Assembly (NCBI GenBank): GCA_965603825.1
Contig: CBFDEM010000025.1
Location: 372,001-436,000 of the forward strand
Reading direction: 5' to 3'
Length of the DNA stretch: 64,000 nt
Origin: Blepharisma stoltei ATCC 30299
Taxonomy: Eukaryota > Protista > Ciliophora
Shown: positions 1 through 11,700 of the stretch, one piece after another
How the letters are laid out: each line of letters opens with the position of its first letter
How positions within the stretch are numbered: the first letter of the stretch is position 1
Program-made: the position numbers and the translations under genes
Notes under the pieces: generated by a model
Databases searched by the model: none
The model's input: the letters and a program-made list of their open reading frames with translations, nothing else
Told to the model about the DNA's origin: nothing

Positions 1-815
1 GAAAAGGAGTAATTCGCTTTTTGAATATTCCGAAGAAGATCATTAATACCTGCCCCACCAAACGGGTATTTATTTGCCAATAAGAAATACATCATGACTC
101 CTGTTGACCAAATATCGCACTCCTTTCCATAGCCTCCTCTTAATATCTCTGGTGCCAAAAAGTAAGGGGTTCCCACCTTTGTGTCCATTCCATCCTCTCC
201 AAACCTCACAGATAGTCCAAAATCAATCAATTTTAGTTCCGCGCCTTCTTTTTTACTAGTAAGCATAAAATTTTCCGGTTTTATATCTCTGTGGCAAATA
301 TGTAGTGCATGAAGGTGATTAACAGCCGACAGGACTTTTTGCATGATTCGAGTGACTTCATTTTCTGACAAATTTTCTCTGTCGATAAGGTATTCATAGA
401 GGTCTCCCCCTTCGCACAATTCAGTAACCAGATGAATGTATTTGGCATCTTCGTAGGTTTCATAAAGTTTAATTATATTCGGATGATCGACTAATTGAAG
501 TATCATGAGTTCATTTTTTAATAGATCCAGGCTGTCTTGAAGGCGCTCTTTGCTTATTGATTTTACTGCGTAGTGAATTTGATTCGATGGGGCACTTTTT
601 GCTGTTGCACTTTTAGAGTGGGGAGAAATTTTGATGGCTTCTCTGACTGTTCCAAATTGTCCGTAGCCTAGAACTTTGATAAAATCGTAATGTTTTGTTA
701 TGACTAAATGGAAAATACTTTCAAGGCGAGCGGCGTTTGAGACTTCTGACTTAGATATCAAATGGCCATGGGATGGCTGAATTTTTAAGTACTCGTTAGA
801 AGTGCAGATACCCAT
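1..815 (-). CDS. Ca2+-dependent protein kinase-like Ser/Thr kinase, partial (runs off window start)
   Basis: Hand translation from ATG at 815: MGICTS (N-myristoylation-type start), LGYGQFGTV, YAVKSI, DHPNIIKLYE, CHRDIKPEN, IDFGL, VGTPYFLAPE, CDIWSTGV. Missing from the ORF track because it has no stop inside the window. Confidence 0.9.
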   Translation of the reverse strand, partial: MGICTSNEYLKIQPSHGHLISKSEVSNAARLESIFHLVITKHYDFIKVLGYGQFGTVREAIKISPHSKSATAKSAPSNQIHYAVKSISKERLQDSLDLLKNELMILQLVDHPNIIKLYETYEDAKYIHLVTELCEGGDLYEYLIDRENLSENEVTRIMQKVLSAVNHLHALHICHRDIKPENFMLTSKKEGAELKLIDFGLSVRFGEDGMDTKVGTPYFLAPEILRGGYGKECDIWSTGVMMYFLLANKYPFGGAGINDLLRNIQKANYSF

Positions 816-1398
816 ATATTTTTGACGTATAAAAATTCCTATAAATATGATGAAGCAAAATGCAATAAATTACTAATAATACTTATAATAATTCCACCTT
901 TAAGAATTAGTATTATCTAAATGATATTTTATGCTTCCAATAAGCGAAAAGCAGTAAAACGTGCTAAAAAATAAAATATTAGATATTTATAAATAAAATA
1001 TTTTTGATTATATTTTAAAGTTAAGCTATAACACTTTATCATATAATTTTATTTAGATTTAATAAACTTGATTTGCTGAGTTATCTTTAGCTATTTAAGA
1101 AAATATTGATATTTAAGGGAAATTATCCAAAAAGTGCCAAGTTTGAAAGAGACGAAGAAATTGTAGGTGTTTTAGTTAAAGTGGATAAGGATTTCTAGGC
1201 TTCGCTATGATTATGCAAGGAGAATTTTGAAAATTGAGAAATGATTTGAAGTTCTAATAAGAGGATGCAGGGCTCAGTTTATAAGTCAGATCTAAGAGAG
1301 TTAAGGGTAGTTCTGGGTTTATTGACAACCTTAAATATATTATGAAAACGATGAATTTATATTTAGATCAAATCATTTTAGCAATAAAATAAACTTAG

Positions 1399-2241
1399 CT
1401 AATAAGTGGGAGACTTCATCTCTAGTTTATCTTCCTGTCCTCTTCTAAAATCAAAGCCACTCGTAGCAATTTCTCTGCTCATTTTCATATCTTCATGCTT
1501 AGAAATGATATAAATGATTCTCTGACTCATAACTTCCAGTGGGTGTTTTTTCGGGTCGATGATATAAATAACATTTCCTGTGTTCTTTTCCAGCAAATAT
1601 ATGCACCCAATATTCTGGAAAACCTCTTTCAGCCCGCTCCTCACTTCTTCATTTGCAGGATAAGCAGCAAGCATATCTTTCGAATAAGTCGCCACATATT
1701 GTGCCAGAGTGTCTGGAGAAATCTGCTCATCCATAGCAACAAAAAGAGACTCCAGTAAAATAGTTTTCCTTAGTAAGACATATCGCTGAAGCCTGGAAAA
1801 CCTTTGCATTGCCATATGGCTCCCAGTGATTTCTCCATGATACACGAGTGCATATCTATCCTTAGCAATGTTGTCTGTGCTGATTAGTCTGCCATATTCT
1901 TCGTGTGGCTTCGTAAGAACCAGTTCCCAGAACTTGTAATCATAATCTGAAGCATCATAGTCTTTAGCTGGAAGGTTGCTCAGGTACTTGATTTCAAATT
2001 TTTCTTTCATTGAGCTGCCATGAAATATGAAATAATAGCCGGTGCCAATGATGAAAGCTGCAGTCACAGCAGCTCTTTTGAGCATGTGTATGACATGAAG
2101 TCCAGCAGCGTTGGAGTCCAAGTTGTTTTCTTGGAACCTGTAAATTAGCTGAGCATCTCGAGTGTCAGAGTAAGGCTTAGAGATGTCGAACCTCTTGTTT
2201 TTGGAATAAAAAACACCTCTTCGAAGGTTCCTGAGCAGCAT
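1399..2241 (-). CDS. Probable mitochondrial single-TM protein with SCO1/SenC-like thioredoxin fold lacking the CxxxC motif
   Basis: 280-aa ORF. Arg-rich presequence-like start and one hydrophobic helix (AAVTAAFIIGTGYYFIF). It then has ALVYHG...LFVAMD...PDTLAQYV...IYLLEKNTG, which parallels recalled SCO blocks (LLYFG...LFISVD...YLIDPDG). Confidence 0.5.
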   Translation of the reverse strand: MLLRNLRRGVFYSKNKRFDISKPYSDTRDAQLIYRFQENNLDSNAAGLHVIHMLKRAAVTAAFIIGTGYYFIFHGSSMKEKFEIKYLSNLPAKDYDASDYDYKFWELVLTKPHEEYGRLISTDNIAKDRYALVYHGEITGSHMAMQRFSRLQRYVLLRKTILLESLFVAMDEQISPDTLAQYVATYSKDMLAAYPANEEVRSGLKEVFQNIGCIYLLEKNTGNVIYIIDPKKHPLEVMSQRIIYIISKHEDMKMSREIATSGFDFRRGQEDKLEMKSPTY

Positions 2242-2388
2242 TTGCTATTAATTTAACAAATAAATGTGAGCTTTCTAACTTAATAGACCAATATAGTTTA
2301 ATTAGTTTTAATGCAAGCTGGGAACCAAAATTTAGCATAACTATATGGTTAAAATAGCTTAAGATAGCATAATTAAAATTGAATCATA

Positions 2389-3693
2389 TTAATTATTATT
2401 TTGAGCATTTATGAAATCTGTTAAAAGTACCTCCTGTTTGTTCTTATCCAGAACCTTCACATTTCCGAACCTTTTCGTAATTTCTCCAAATAATCATTTA
2501 GGATCAATTTTTCCAGACGCGTTTATATTTTTGATTGCCAAGCCTAACTCATACGGCATGCATAGATTTGACTTCTCATAAACAGTGATTATTTCTTCTA
2601 TATCTGTAAAAGGAAATACATTATTCCTAATTTTCCCTACAATATCCTGTATAGCAAGATCTTCCAGCCCAGTCGGGCAAATACTTTTGTCTGTGTTTAG
2701 AGCGACCCGAAGCGCTCCAATTATAAACCACTTCGAAAAGCCTCCGGGGTCTTTTTCCAGATTTACCTTGATTTTCTCCAAAAGAGATATAAAGAGCGGC
2801 ATTTTGAAAGGAACCCTTGGAGCGAGAAATTCAATTGAGTTGAGAACTTCGAACTCAGTCAGTGCTGATATTCTCTTCTCTATGATGTTGCAGATCTTAG
2901 AAAATATGTCTTTTAGTTGAGGATATTCATCCGGCGAACCAATTTGTTGGAGTTCTTGCAATAAAATGATTGAATGCATGGTGTCCATTCTTTCTTCCTC
3001 AACGCTATCTAGCCTTTCTAAGCACAAAGAAATCATGCTTTTTGATGACTCTCTTTTATTCTTAATGCAGCTTATCAGGATCTGCTTGAGGTCTGCTGCG
3101 TTCATGATTTCGTTTTTGTTCATAAGACCATTAATTATTGCCTCATCCAGCTTTTTACTTGTGATTCCAATAACAGATAAGTCATATATGATGCTAACCA
3201 AGTGTCTGAACATAAATGCGTTTTCGTCAATCAGTTCATGCATTCTTTTTATGTATTTTTTCTCTCCTTCCACAGTTAAAAGATCCCTTTTGCATACCAA
3301 TAGGTAAGTTCTCCAAAAAAATGAGATATCATTGATTTCTTGGTTTCCCAATTGATCGATCCCTTCTTCCAATTTAGCTAATAAATCGAAAAATCTCTTG
3401 TCTAGGAGATAGTACTTTTTTGATGGAGCGTGCTTAATAATGCGGCCTATTATGCGGAGGGCGAAAGTTGTGTGGGATAAGATTGCTTTTGGAGATTCTA
3501 GGATGCTGTAGATTTCGAAAATACTGGACGCTTTAGAAAGGCGAATACTTAACTGGATCACAGGGTTTGATGTGCGGTGAGGGGCTGGCACGTCTGGTGG
3601 ATAGTCATAGTGGCTTGAGAATGCTCGAACCGGCTGACGGCAATAAAAGCTACCTATTCTTATTAGCGTAGACGTGAGCCGTAAAAACACCAT
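2389..3693 (-). CDS. Uncharacterised probable mitochondrial alpha-helical protein (434 aa)
   Basis: The 399-aa ORF continues through TGA (2494-2496) to TAA at 2389-2391. Presequence-like N-terminus (MVFLRLTSTLIRIGSFYCRQPVRAFSS) and Leu/Ile-rich helical character. Confidence 0.6.
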
Positions 3694-4202
3694 AATTTTA
3701 TTAATAAAAGTATGGCGCGAGCGGGATGCAATTATAAAGGCTAGGATTGCTGAAAATAGCAGGGATGGGCTTTTATCGCTTCATTAAATATATATCTTCT
3801 GCTCAGATATTCTTTCAAAATGAAAATAGTGGGATCTTTTTCGATCATTTCAAAATTAGAGAATTATAAAGCTATTTGCTTGTGAATTAGGTTTTAAACT
3901 TGTGATTTAGGATAATTTAAATTAAAAGTTGGCTTGTGTGTGTTCTGAGAAATTCAAGCTTTATTATTTCAAGAGCTCTTTGATATAGGTTGCTGACTTA
4001 TAAAGTTTGTTTAAAAGAATTCATATCAGCAGTGGGATTTAATTATCTTGCTTTGTTTATTTCATCATTCTTATAGCATTGAATTGCTCTATCCTTCTTT
4101 TGATTTTCAGAGTATATTAAAAAAATGAGTTAAATAAAAAAATTCTGCTTTGATTTATCTAAGTTTAATCCTAAAACCATTTCTATCAGTATTATAAAAA
4201 CA

Positions 4203-5669
4203 ATGGGCTGTTGCGGATCTTCAAATCCAAATAAGCAAATAATAATTTCACCACTAACAACTTCACCTCAGAAGAAAAACATGAAAGTTTGTGCAGGGAC
4301 TTTTATAAAAACGCAGCTCTCTCCTTTTTCTGAAGTCTACATGCAAGGAAATCGAATAGGGCTAGGTGGCTTTGGAGAGGTCAGAAGGTGCACCCACCGT
4401 ATAACTGGGGCTCTGCGTGCTGTAAAAATTTACTCAAAAGAGCTTTTTGGTCCAAATTCAACTCAGCAAGGGAAAATGCTCGAAGAAATGGAAATTCTAA
4501 GGAAATTGGACCATCCTAACATTATCAGAGTCTATGACTTTTTCGAAGACTCAAAGAACTACTATTTAGTTATGGAGTACTGCGAAGGTGGCGAACTCTT
4601 CAACAAAATAGAGAAGATGGCTAAGTTCAGTGAAGACGATGCTGCCTTGATAATGAGGCAGTTGATGTCAGTTGTAGCATTTTGCCATTCAATGGGAGTT
4701 ATCCACCGAGACCTGAAACCAGAAAATATCATGGTTGAGGAGAGAAGCAGAAAGCTAAATATAAAAATAGCAGATTTTGGGACTGCCTGCTATTTGGATC
4801 AAAACCATGAAACTACTGGGGTTATAGGGACTGCCTATTATATGGCCCCTGAAGTATTTGCTGGGTCATATAACGAAGCATGTGACGTTTGGAGTTGTGG
4901 GGTGATCATGTATATTTTGCTAACAGGCAATCCTCCGTTTGGAGGCAAAACTGATGAAGAAATCATTGCAAAAGTAAAAGAGGGAGCTTATAAAACAGAT
5001 TCTCCAGAATTCAGCTTAATTTCACCAGAAGCCATTGACCTAATAAAAAAACTGATAGCTCCTTTAAATGAAAGAATTTCTGCTTCGCAGTCTTTAAGCC
5101 ACCCGTGGCTTAACCGAAGCAGGCCAACAGTTGAAGCACCTGTGCTAAAAGCAGTAATCACAAACTTGCAAGACTTCCGAAGCACTTTGAAATTGAGAGA
5201 CGCAATTCTGACTTTTATTACTTCACAGCTTGTCAATTATAGAGAACTCAAAGAGCTGAGAGATGCTTTTGTCATTTTAGACCATGACGGGGACGGAAAA
5301 ATCGGTAAAGAGGACCTTTTCGAACAATTAAGTGGCATTGTTCCAGGAGATGCTGCTTATACCCAAGCTGAAGAAATCCTGATGAATGTAGATAGCAACA
5401 ATGACGGATACATTGAGTTTACAGAGTATTTAAGAGCCACCATCGACAAAAAGGTGCTACTTTCCAACGAAAACCTTTTGGCTGCCTTTTCAATTTTGGA
5501 TAAGCATAAAACCGGGAAAATTTCAGTTGCAGACTTCATGAGCGTTCTTGCGGATAGAGAAGAATACGATCTGAACTTGTGGAGCGAGCTCGTCAGGGAG
5601 GCGAACCCTGATGGAAGGGGAGAGTTTGATATGGAAGAGTTCACCAAGCTCCTGATGAACAAGATCTAG
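4203..5669 (+). CDS. Calcium-dependent protein kinase (kinase domain + calmodulin-like EF-hand domain)
   Basis: MGCCGS acylation start; GLGGFGEV, HRDLKPEN, DFG, GTAYYMAPE; EF-hand loops DHDGDGKIGKED, DSNNDGYIEFTE, DKHKTGKISVAD, NPDGRGEFDMEE. Confidence 0.95.
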   Translation: MGCCGSSNPNKQIIISPLTTSPQKKNMKVCAGTFIKTQLSPFSEVYMQGNRIGLGGFGEVRRCTHRITGALRAVKIYSKELFGPNSTQQGKMLEEMEILRKLDHPNIIRVYDFFEDSKNYYLVMEYCEGGELFNKIEKMAKFSEDDAALIMRQLMSVVAFCHSMGVIHRDLKPENIMVEERSRKLNIKIADFGTACYLDQNHETTGVIGTAYYMAPEVFAGSYNEACDVWSCGVIMYILLTGNPPFGGKTDEEIIAKVKEGAYKTDSPEFSLISPEAIDLIKKLIAPLNERISASQSLSHPWLNRSRPTVEAPVLKAVITNLQDFRSTLKLRDAILTFITSQLVNYRELKELRDAFVILDHDGDGKIGKEDLFEQLSGIVPGDAAYTQAEEILMNVDSNNDGYIEFTEYLRATIDKKVLLSNENLLAAFSILDKHKTGKISVADFMSVLADREEYDLNLWSELVREANPDGRGEFDMEEFTKLLMNKI

Positions 5670-5741
5670 ACGATGTAATTTACTTGGAGCTTCAAGTAGC
5701 TTATTTATTATTCTAAATTTTGAAATTAGATTACAATATTT

Positions 5742-8700
5742 CTAATTTTTGACAATCAGGAAAGAGTTGACAGTGCGGTTGATTGACTCAATTTCCACTG
5801 CCTTGTGGGAATTGAAAGTAAACATTCCTGGCTTATAGCTTTCTATTAAGTTTTTGGTGGCTTCGCTCACGTTGATTGAGCCTGCAACTCCGCTGCTTTC
5901 CATTTTGTTGGCAATAAGCACGTCGTCTCCATAAATGTCATACCTCACAATGCTTGTCCCAGCAATCCCACCAATGATGTTCCCTGTATGGATGCCTATT
6001 CTCATGCCTAAGTTTAAAAAAAGTTCCTGATTTATTGCACTGATAATTTCGTTCAAAGAATTAGCGAAATTGATAATATTCAAGCATTCTTCGCCTGGAT
6101 CTCTCTCTTCTGTACCTAAAAACCCAATAGCCACATAGCAGTCACCTATTGTGTGCACTTTATATACATTGTTTTCGACGCATTTTCTATCAAATCTTGT
6201 ATAAAGCTCCGAAAGCATCCCAACGACTTCTTTTGCGTTGTGGTAAGAAGACCACAGAGTAAAGCCTGCAATATCTGCATATAAAATTGTGACTTCGTTA
6301 AAAGAGTCCGTATTCGCGACTTCTTCTTTTAAGTTATGATATACATGGGGAGGCATCATCTGAGTCAATAAATCTTCCGTTTTCTTTAGCTCCTTTTTGG
6401 AGTATTCTTCTGAGGCAAAAAATATCCTTAAGTCTCGCTCTCGAAAATAGGCAATAAGTAAGCAAATTATTGTGAAAAATATGGAAAAGAAGACATGGTG
6501 GCTAATATAGTAGGGATCTATTATTAGCAAAGCTGCTGCGTGAAATGCTGAAATAAAGGCAGTGAATAGGAAAGTGTTTTTGAAGAAATTGCAGACGCAT
6601 TGGCTTGAAATAAGAGTCATGAAGAGCACATAAGCTTCTTTTATTATTTCTATTTTGGAGTCATCCTGAAGGATGTTTATAAGGATTGTCCAGATCATTG
6701 ATAAAGAATATGTAAATCTCAAAACCCAAGCAAATGTAAGGGACTTATAATTATTCTTGAACAAGAATAAAAGAGTTCCATAAGCCAAAAACATGGCAAA
6801 GTAAAAGAAAATGTCCAAGAATTTGTATTTAACGTCATGGTCGTCTATAAATAGTTCAGCAATGCTTAATGCTGTCATAGTTAAATTGCAGAACAACAAT
6901 ACCAGAAAGCTTCGCACCAATATTGGGTAATTAGTTTCTAACATCTGAGACCTGAGAGCTGCTTCTTTTGAGCTGTAGGAGAAAATAAATGATGTAATCT
7001 TGATAGGCTCTGGAGATTCTGATGATAACTTCGCTGAAATTATTCCATAATCAGTATCATCAACAAATTCCGAGTCATGAAATGATGATTTTCTGCCTGA
7101 TGTTGGCACGATCGGAGATAACTCGTTAGTAAGGAATAGGTTTTTAGCCATGTTGTATGAGTTTGTATTGAGTCTTTTTAATTCATTTGGTAGAGGTGCT
7201 GGCCCTTGAGTTCTTCTTCTCCCTGATTTAATATCATTAAGCTCATCTGATTTGACAAGAAAAGTCCTCATCGTGCCTTTTCCTTTGACTTCAATCAATT
7301 TCTTCGTAAAATAGAGCCCAGACTTGTCGTCTAAATATGAATAAGTGTCTTCAGAAATTTGTATTGAGTTTGGGGTTTCAATTGTCGTCGACATTCTACT
7401 GGCAGTATTTACAGTATCTCCTACTAAAGAAAACTGAGGCTTATGGAAGCCAACAATTCCAGCTACAACTGGTCCAGTATGAATTCCAATTTTTACCTGC
7501 AAAGGCTTTCTCAACCTTATTTGTTTGATAACTCCAAGAATTCCCAAACCCATTTCAATTGCCCTTCTTGAATGATGCACAGTATTAAAAGAAGCTGACA
7601 TTTCAGCATCACTGTCAGTAAGGCCTGCACAAGCCATATAAACCTTTCCCACAGTTTCTATTTTGGCAACTCCTGTTGATTCGCATACCATATCAAACTT
7701 TTTATAGATATCATCGATAAAATATGATACTTCTGACTGAGGGAATGCAGAAATAATTTCTTCAAACTGGCAAATCTCACAAAAGAGCACAGTAACGACT
7801 CCTTGATCTTCTGCAATATACCTTATCCCATCTTTCACCCTTTTCCTGACGAAGGCTGGAAGTACGACATCTAAAACCTGCTGTGATTTCTCAACTTCAA
7901 TTTCCACTTTTTTCATGAGCACATACCGTTTTCTGTTTGATTTCTCCGTGAAATAGCCAATGACTGCAGCTTGTAGCACAATGGATATTAAGATGGTCAT
8001 AAATTCAATTGCATAGATCAGGCCAATATCAACTGAGTATTCTATAATAAATGCATAAATCTGCACAATCGTCAAGATTGGGACACTGATAGATGACATT
8101 ACAATCATTTCAAACCAGAAAAAACTCGTTCCTATTGTAAATAAGGGAGAAATGTTGGTATAAACAATTGGATCAAATATCTCAAATACGAGCTCTAATA
8201 GTATAACTATCACTGTTGTGTAAGTTCTTATGATAATAATAATGCATTTGTAGTATTTCTCGTAATAGCTTGAGAAGACAACAGTAATTAGAATGCAATA
8301 GATGAAAATTGAAATACACATAAATGATAAATAAGCTCTTTGGTCTGGAGTCTTAAAGTATGAGTCTATCAAGAAGCCAATTATTAATACAAATAGTAAG
8401 AGCCAAGGCACTCTTAAGGTCTTCGAGCTTACTTTTTTCTTTTCATCCATGTACTCAGCTTCTCGAGTTTTAGAAATAAATTTTAGCGTCCATTTGCTCA
8501 TTTCAAAGGTGCTGGTGCTTTGATTGATATACTTAGTTTTCTTGTAAATTGCATCTAAGTTGTCTTTGAAGATCTCAGCTTTGGACTTGAGCTTTATTAT
8601 AAGATCAAAATCTTTGAGCGACTGGATAAAATCTGTCAAGATTGGGACGAATAATGAGCGGAACGTTTTCCTTACATAAATTATCACAAAGCAAGCCATC

Positions 8701-11700
8701 AAGGTCAATAAAATGTATAGAAAGAAAACTGGGGACCCATTTATCACATCCAAATATCCGTAGTTGTCGTAATCATCATAATTTGATAATACAATGCTAT
8801 AAACTACTAATGAAATAACCGAAATCAGATATGAAAGAAGAGTCCATTTATGTAATGATCGAGTTTCCACAAGGACATACAGCAGAGATCCTCCAACCAT
8901 TGAAAAATATAAAACCCATTCCATACAAGCCAAACTTAAAGTGAATCCTTGATCATCAGTGGTCCTAATCAAATACATTGGAAAATAAATAATCAAGGCT
9001 TGAAAAAGAGCCATCAGAAATATCCACAAAAAGGACCAATAATTTAATAAAAGGTTCTGTCTGTAAATGCTATACACTTGAGGGTTCTTTAAAATTTGCC
9101 ATCGTTCCAAATCCTCATCAAAAATTCCAACTGTAACAGTTGGAAGCATTATAAATAAAAATAGATAAATTGCCACCATTTCAGGCTCAAAAAGGCTCCC
9201 TCCATATGACTTAGATGCGTTGCAATGAAAAAAGAGTATCAGCACCAGCAGAAAATTTTTAAAAAAGATCATGAGCACTACATTCGATATTTTTGCATAA
9301 TTCCAGTGCCCTTGAAACAGCACAAGTTCTTTAATTTGAGAAAATTTTGAGATAGAAATATGAGGTAAATGTGAAAAATTAGAATTTTCTAAACCAATAC
9401 CGACATGGGCAGACTGGATCATTCCTAAGTCGCTTTTTCCATCACCTATTGCAAGAAATAAAGGACTATATGAGAAATTGTATCTCAAAAATCCTGCGAT
9501 TTTAGTTTTGTCTTCTGGTAGCAGAGAATAAAAGCAGACACTTTTAGCTGCACACAATAAAATAGCAAAATATTTTCTGTTTTCTTCTGATTGTAGGCCA
9601 TATTCTAGCCCTGATCTATCAACACAAAGAGAAAAATCAGTGAACTCACATACAGGAGGCTCGAATGTCGGCATTTCCACATTTTTTGAGTGGGCTAAAT
9701 GAGAAACAATTGTCGGGATGCGTCTCATTCTCCTGATTTCCAAATGGTTTGTCCCTGTAGCAAATAAATTGATTTCTTCGGCTGCATCATCGTCATCAGC
9801 ACTCTCCTTAGATTCCTCACTAACCTCCTCATTAAATGGTAAATTCACGTTCGCAAAAGTTGTCTTAATGAGATTTATCATTTCGAGCCTACAGTCAAGC
9901 TCTGATGTAAGCTCATTCAGCATAACGATCTTTGTATTCGAGTCAATAACTTTTGAAGAAATTGCTGTACATATAGAGTTCTCTTCGCTGTCCCCACTTA
10001 CCATCCAAAACTTGATGCCAGCTTCAGAGAGTAAAGAAACTGCTTCTTTTGTATCTTCATGGACTTCATCTTCAAGCCCAATAATACCTAAGAAATTCAG
10101 CTTTAACTCTAAATTAGTGAAGAGATCTTCAATTTTCCCTTCGCTGTTCACAGGAGAGGCTTTAGCAATTTTATAAGAGTACTTAAATTCTTCAATTTCA
10201 ACGTCAGTAAAGGTGCAATAACCGACAAAAATGAGTTTCTTCCCAGACATCTGTGTTTCATAGCCGTTGTTTTCCATATAGTGCCGAAATGACTGTGAAG
10301 CTGTAAAAGATCGTAGCATTTCTGCTTTTCTCCCTTTTACATATAAAATGTTTTGGCCTTTAAAAGAGTCCTTTACCATTATTCTCGATTTTTGAAGCTT
10401 ATTGGAATATCCTTTTGAGCTTATAATATCAAGGTCAACTTCAGTGCCCCAATAGTCCAATTTTATTTTTTTATTTGACCTTGAAATTACTTCAACCCCA
10501 AGTTCATTGCTAGCTCCTGCCATCGCATGATCTTCAATTGAGAAAGTATTGGACACCTCCTGTCCAACAACTCCTGAAATATTACAAACAGCCATGCACA
10601 TCACAAAATAATAAGCTGGCGAAAAAGTCTCCTTATGCTCTGCAAGTTCAATCTTTAAATCACTAAAAGTGCTGAAATTCTTGACGTTCATTATTCTCTG
10701 ACTAGTCGATTCTTCATATTGCTCTGTTTCTTTTAGCCGATCCCTTATATAAGTTTCACCATCTAATATACATATAGGTAAAAGTACATTATTCGATGTA
10801 ATTGTACCTGTTTTGTCAGTAATTATATACTCTATCTGCCCCAGTTCTTCGCAGACATCAAATGTATTGAATTTTATGCCTGGGATTTTTTTGGAGATTT
10901 TTAAAGTAAAAATCAACTGAAAAATCTTGATACATATAAATAAGCAAGGTGGTACAAGTCTATGGAATAAAAGTATGGAGTTGATGGTGAAATGAAGATT
11001 ATCGTCTCCAAACTTGAGGCTAAAGCCAAATATATTAATCATACAGCTTAAAAAAGTCAGCATAAGGGATATAGCAATCATCCAAAAAACAACAATGTTG
11101 AGCCTTGTTTCTAAAAGTGATAGTCTTCTAATCACCTTTTTATTCTTTTTAATGTCACCATTTGTGTATATTACAACTGCATAAATCCAGTCAATATTTA
11201 GAATCTTTGCACCACTTTTTATATAGTTACATTCCTGCAATTGAGTAGATTTCGGGTTTGACCTCAATTTTATCGACCCTGAAAATTTGACCGGCCTTTC
11301 TTCTGGAATTCTTATTGTTGCATTACATTTACTGAGCTCGTCCATTGTTTCATATAACCCTAATGAGCTTGATATAAATCTAGTTTCCTTTGTAGGCTTT
11401 TTTATATCAAACTGCATTTCTCCTATGTTTTCTGTCATGTCGACATGAAATTCCTGCTTATTTTCACAGGTGCATAAAACAATTAAATCTGCAGGTGCTT
11501 TGCTATTTCCATTTATCAATAAGACATCGCCAACAGATATATTTTTGCTCTTTTTGGTCTCAATCTTCTCAGTAGAGAGCGATTTAAACTCAAGGTTATT
11601 TATCTCATTATCGTATCTGTGTCTTTTAAGGTCAATGTATCCATCAGAAAGAACTCTCAAAATGAAGATTGCAGAAAAAGGAACCAAGTCAATAATAGCG

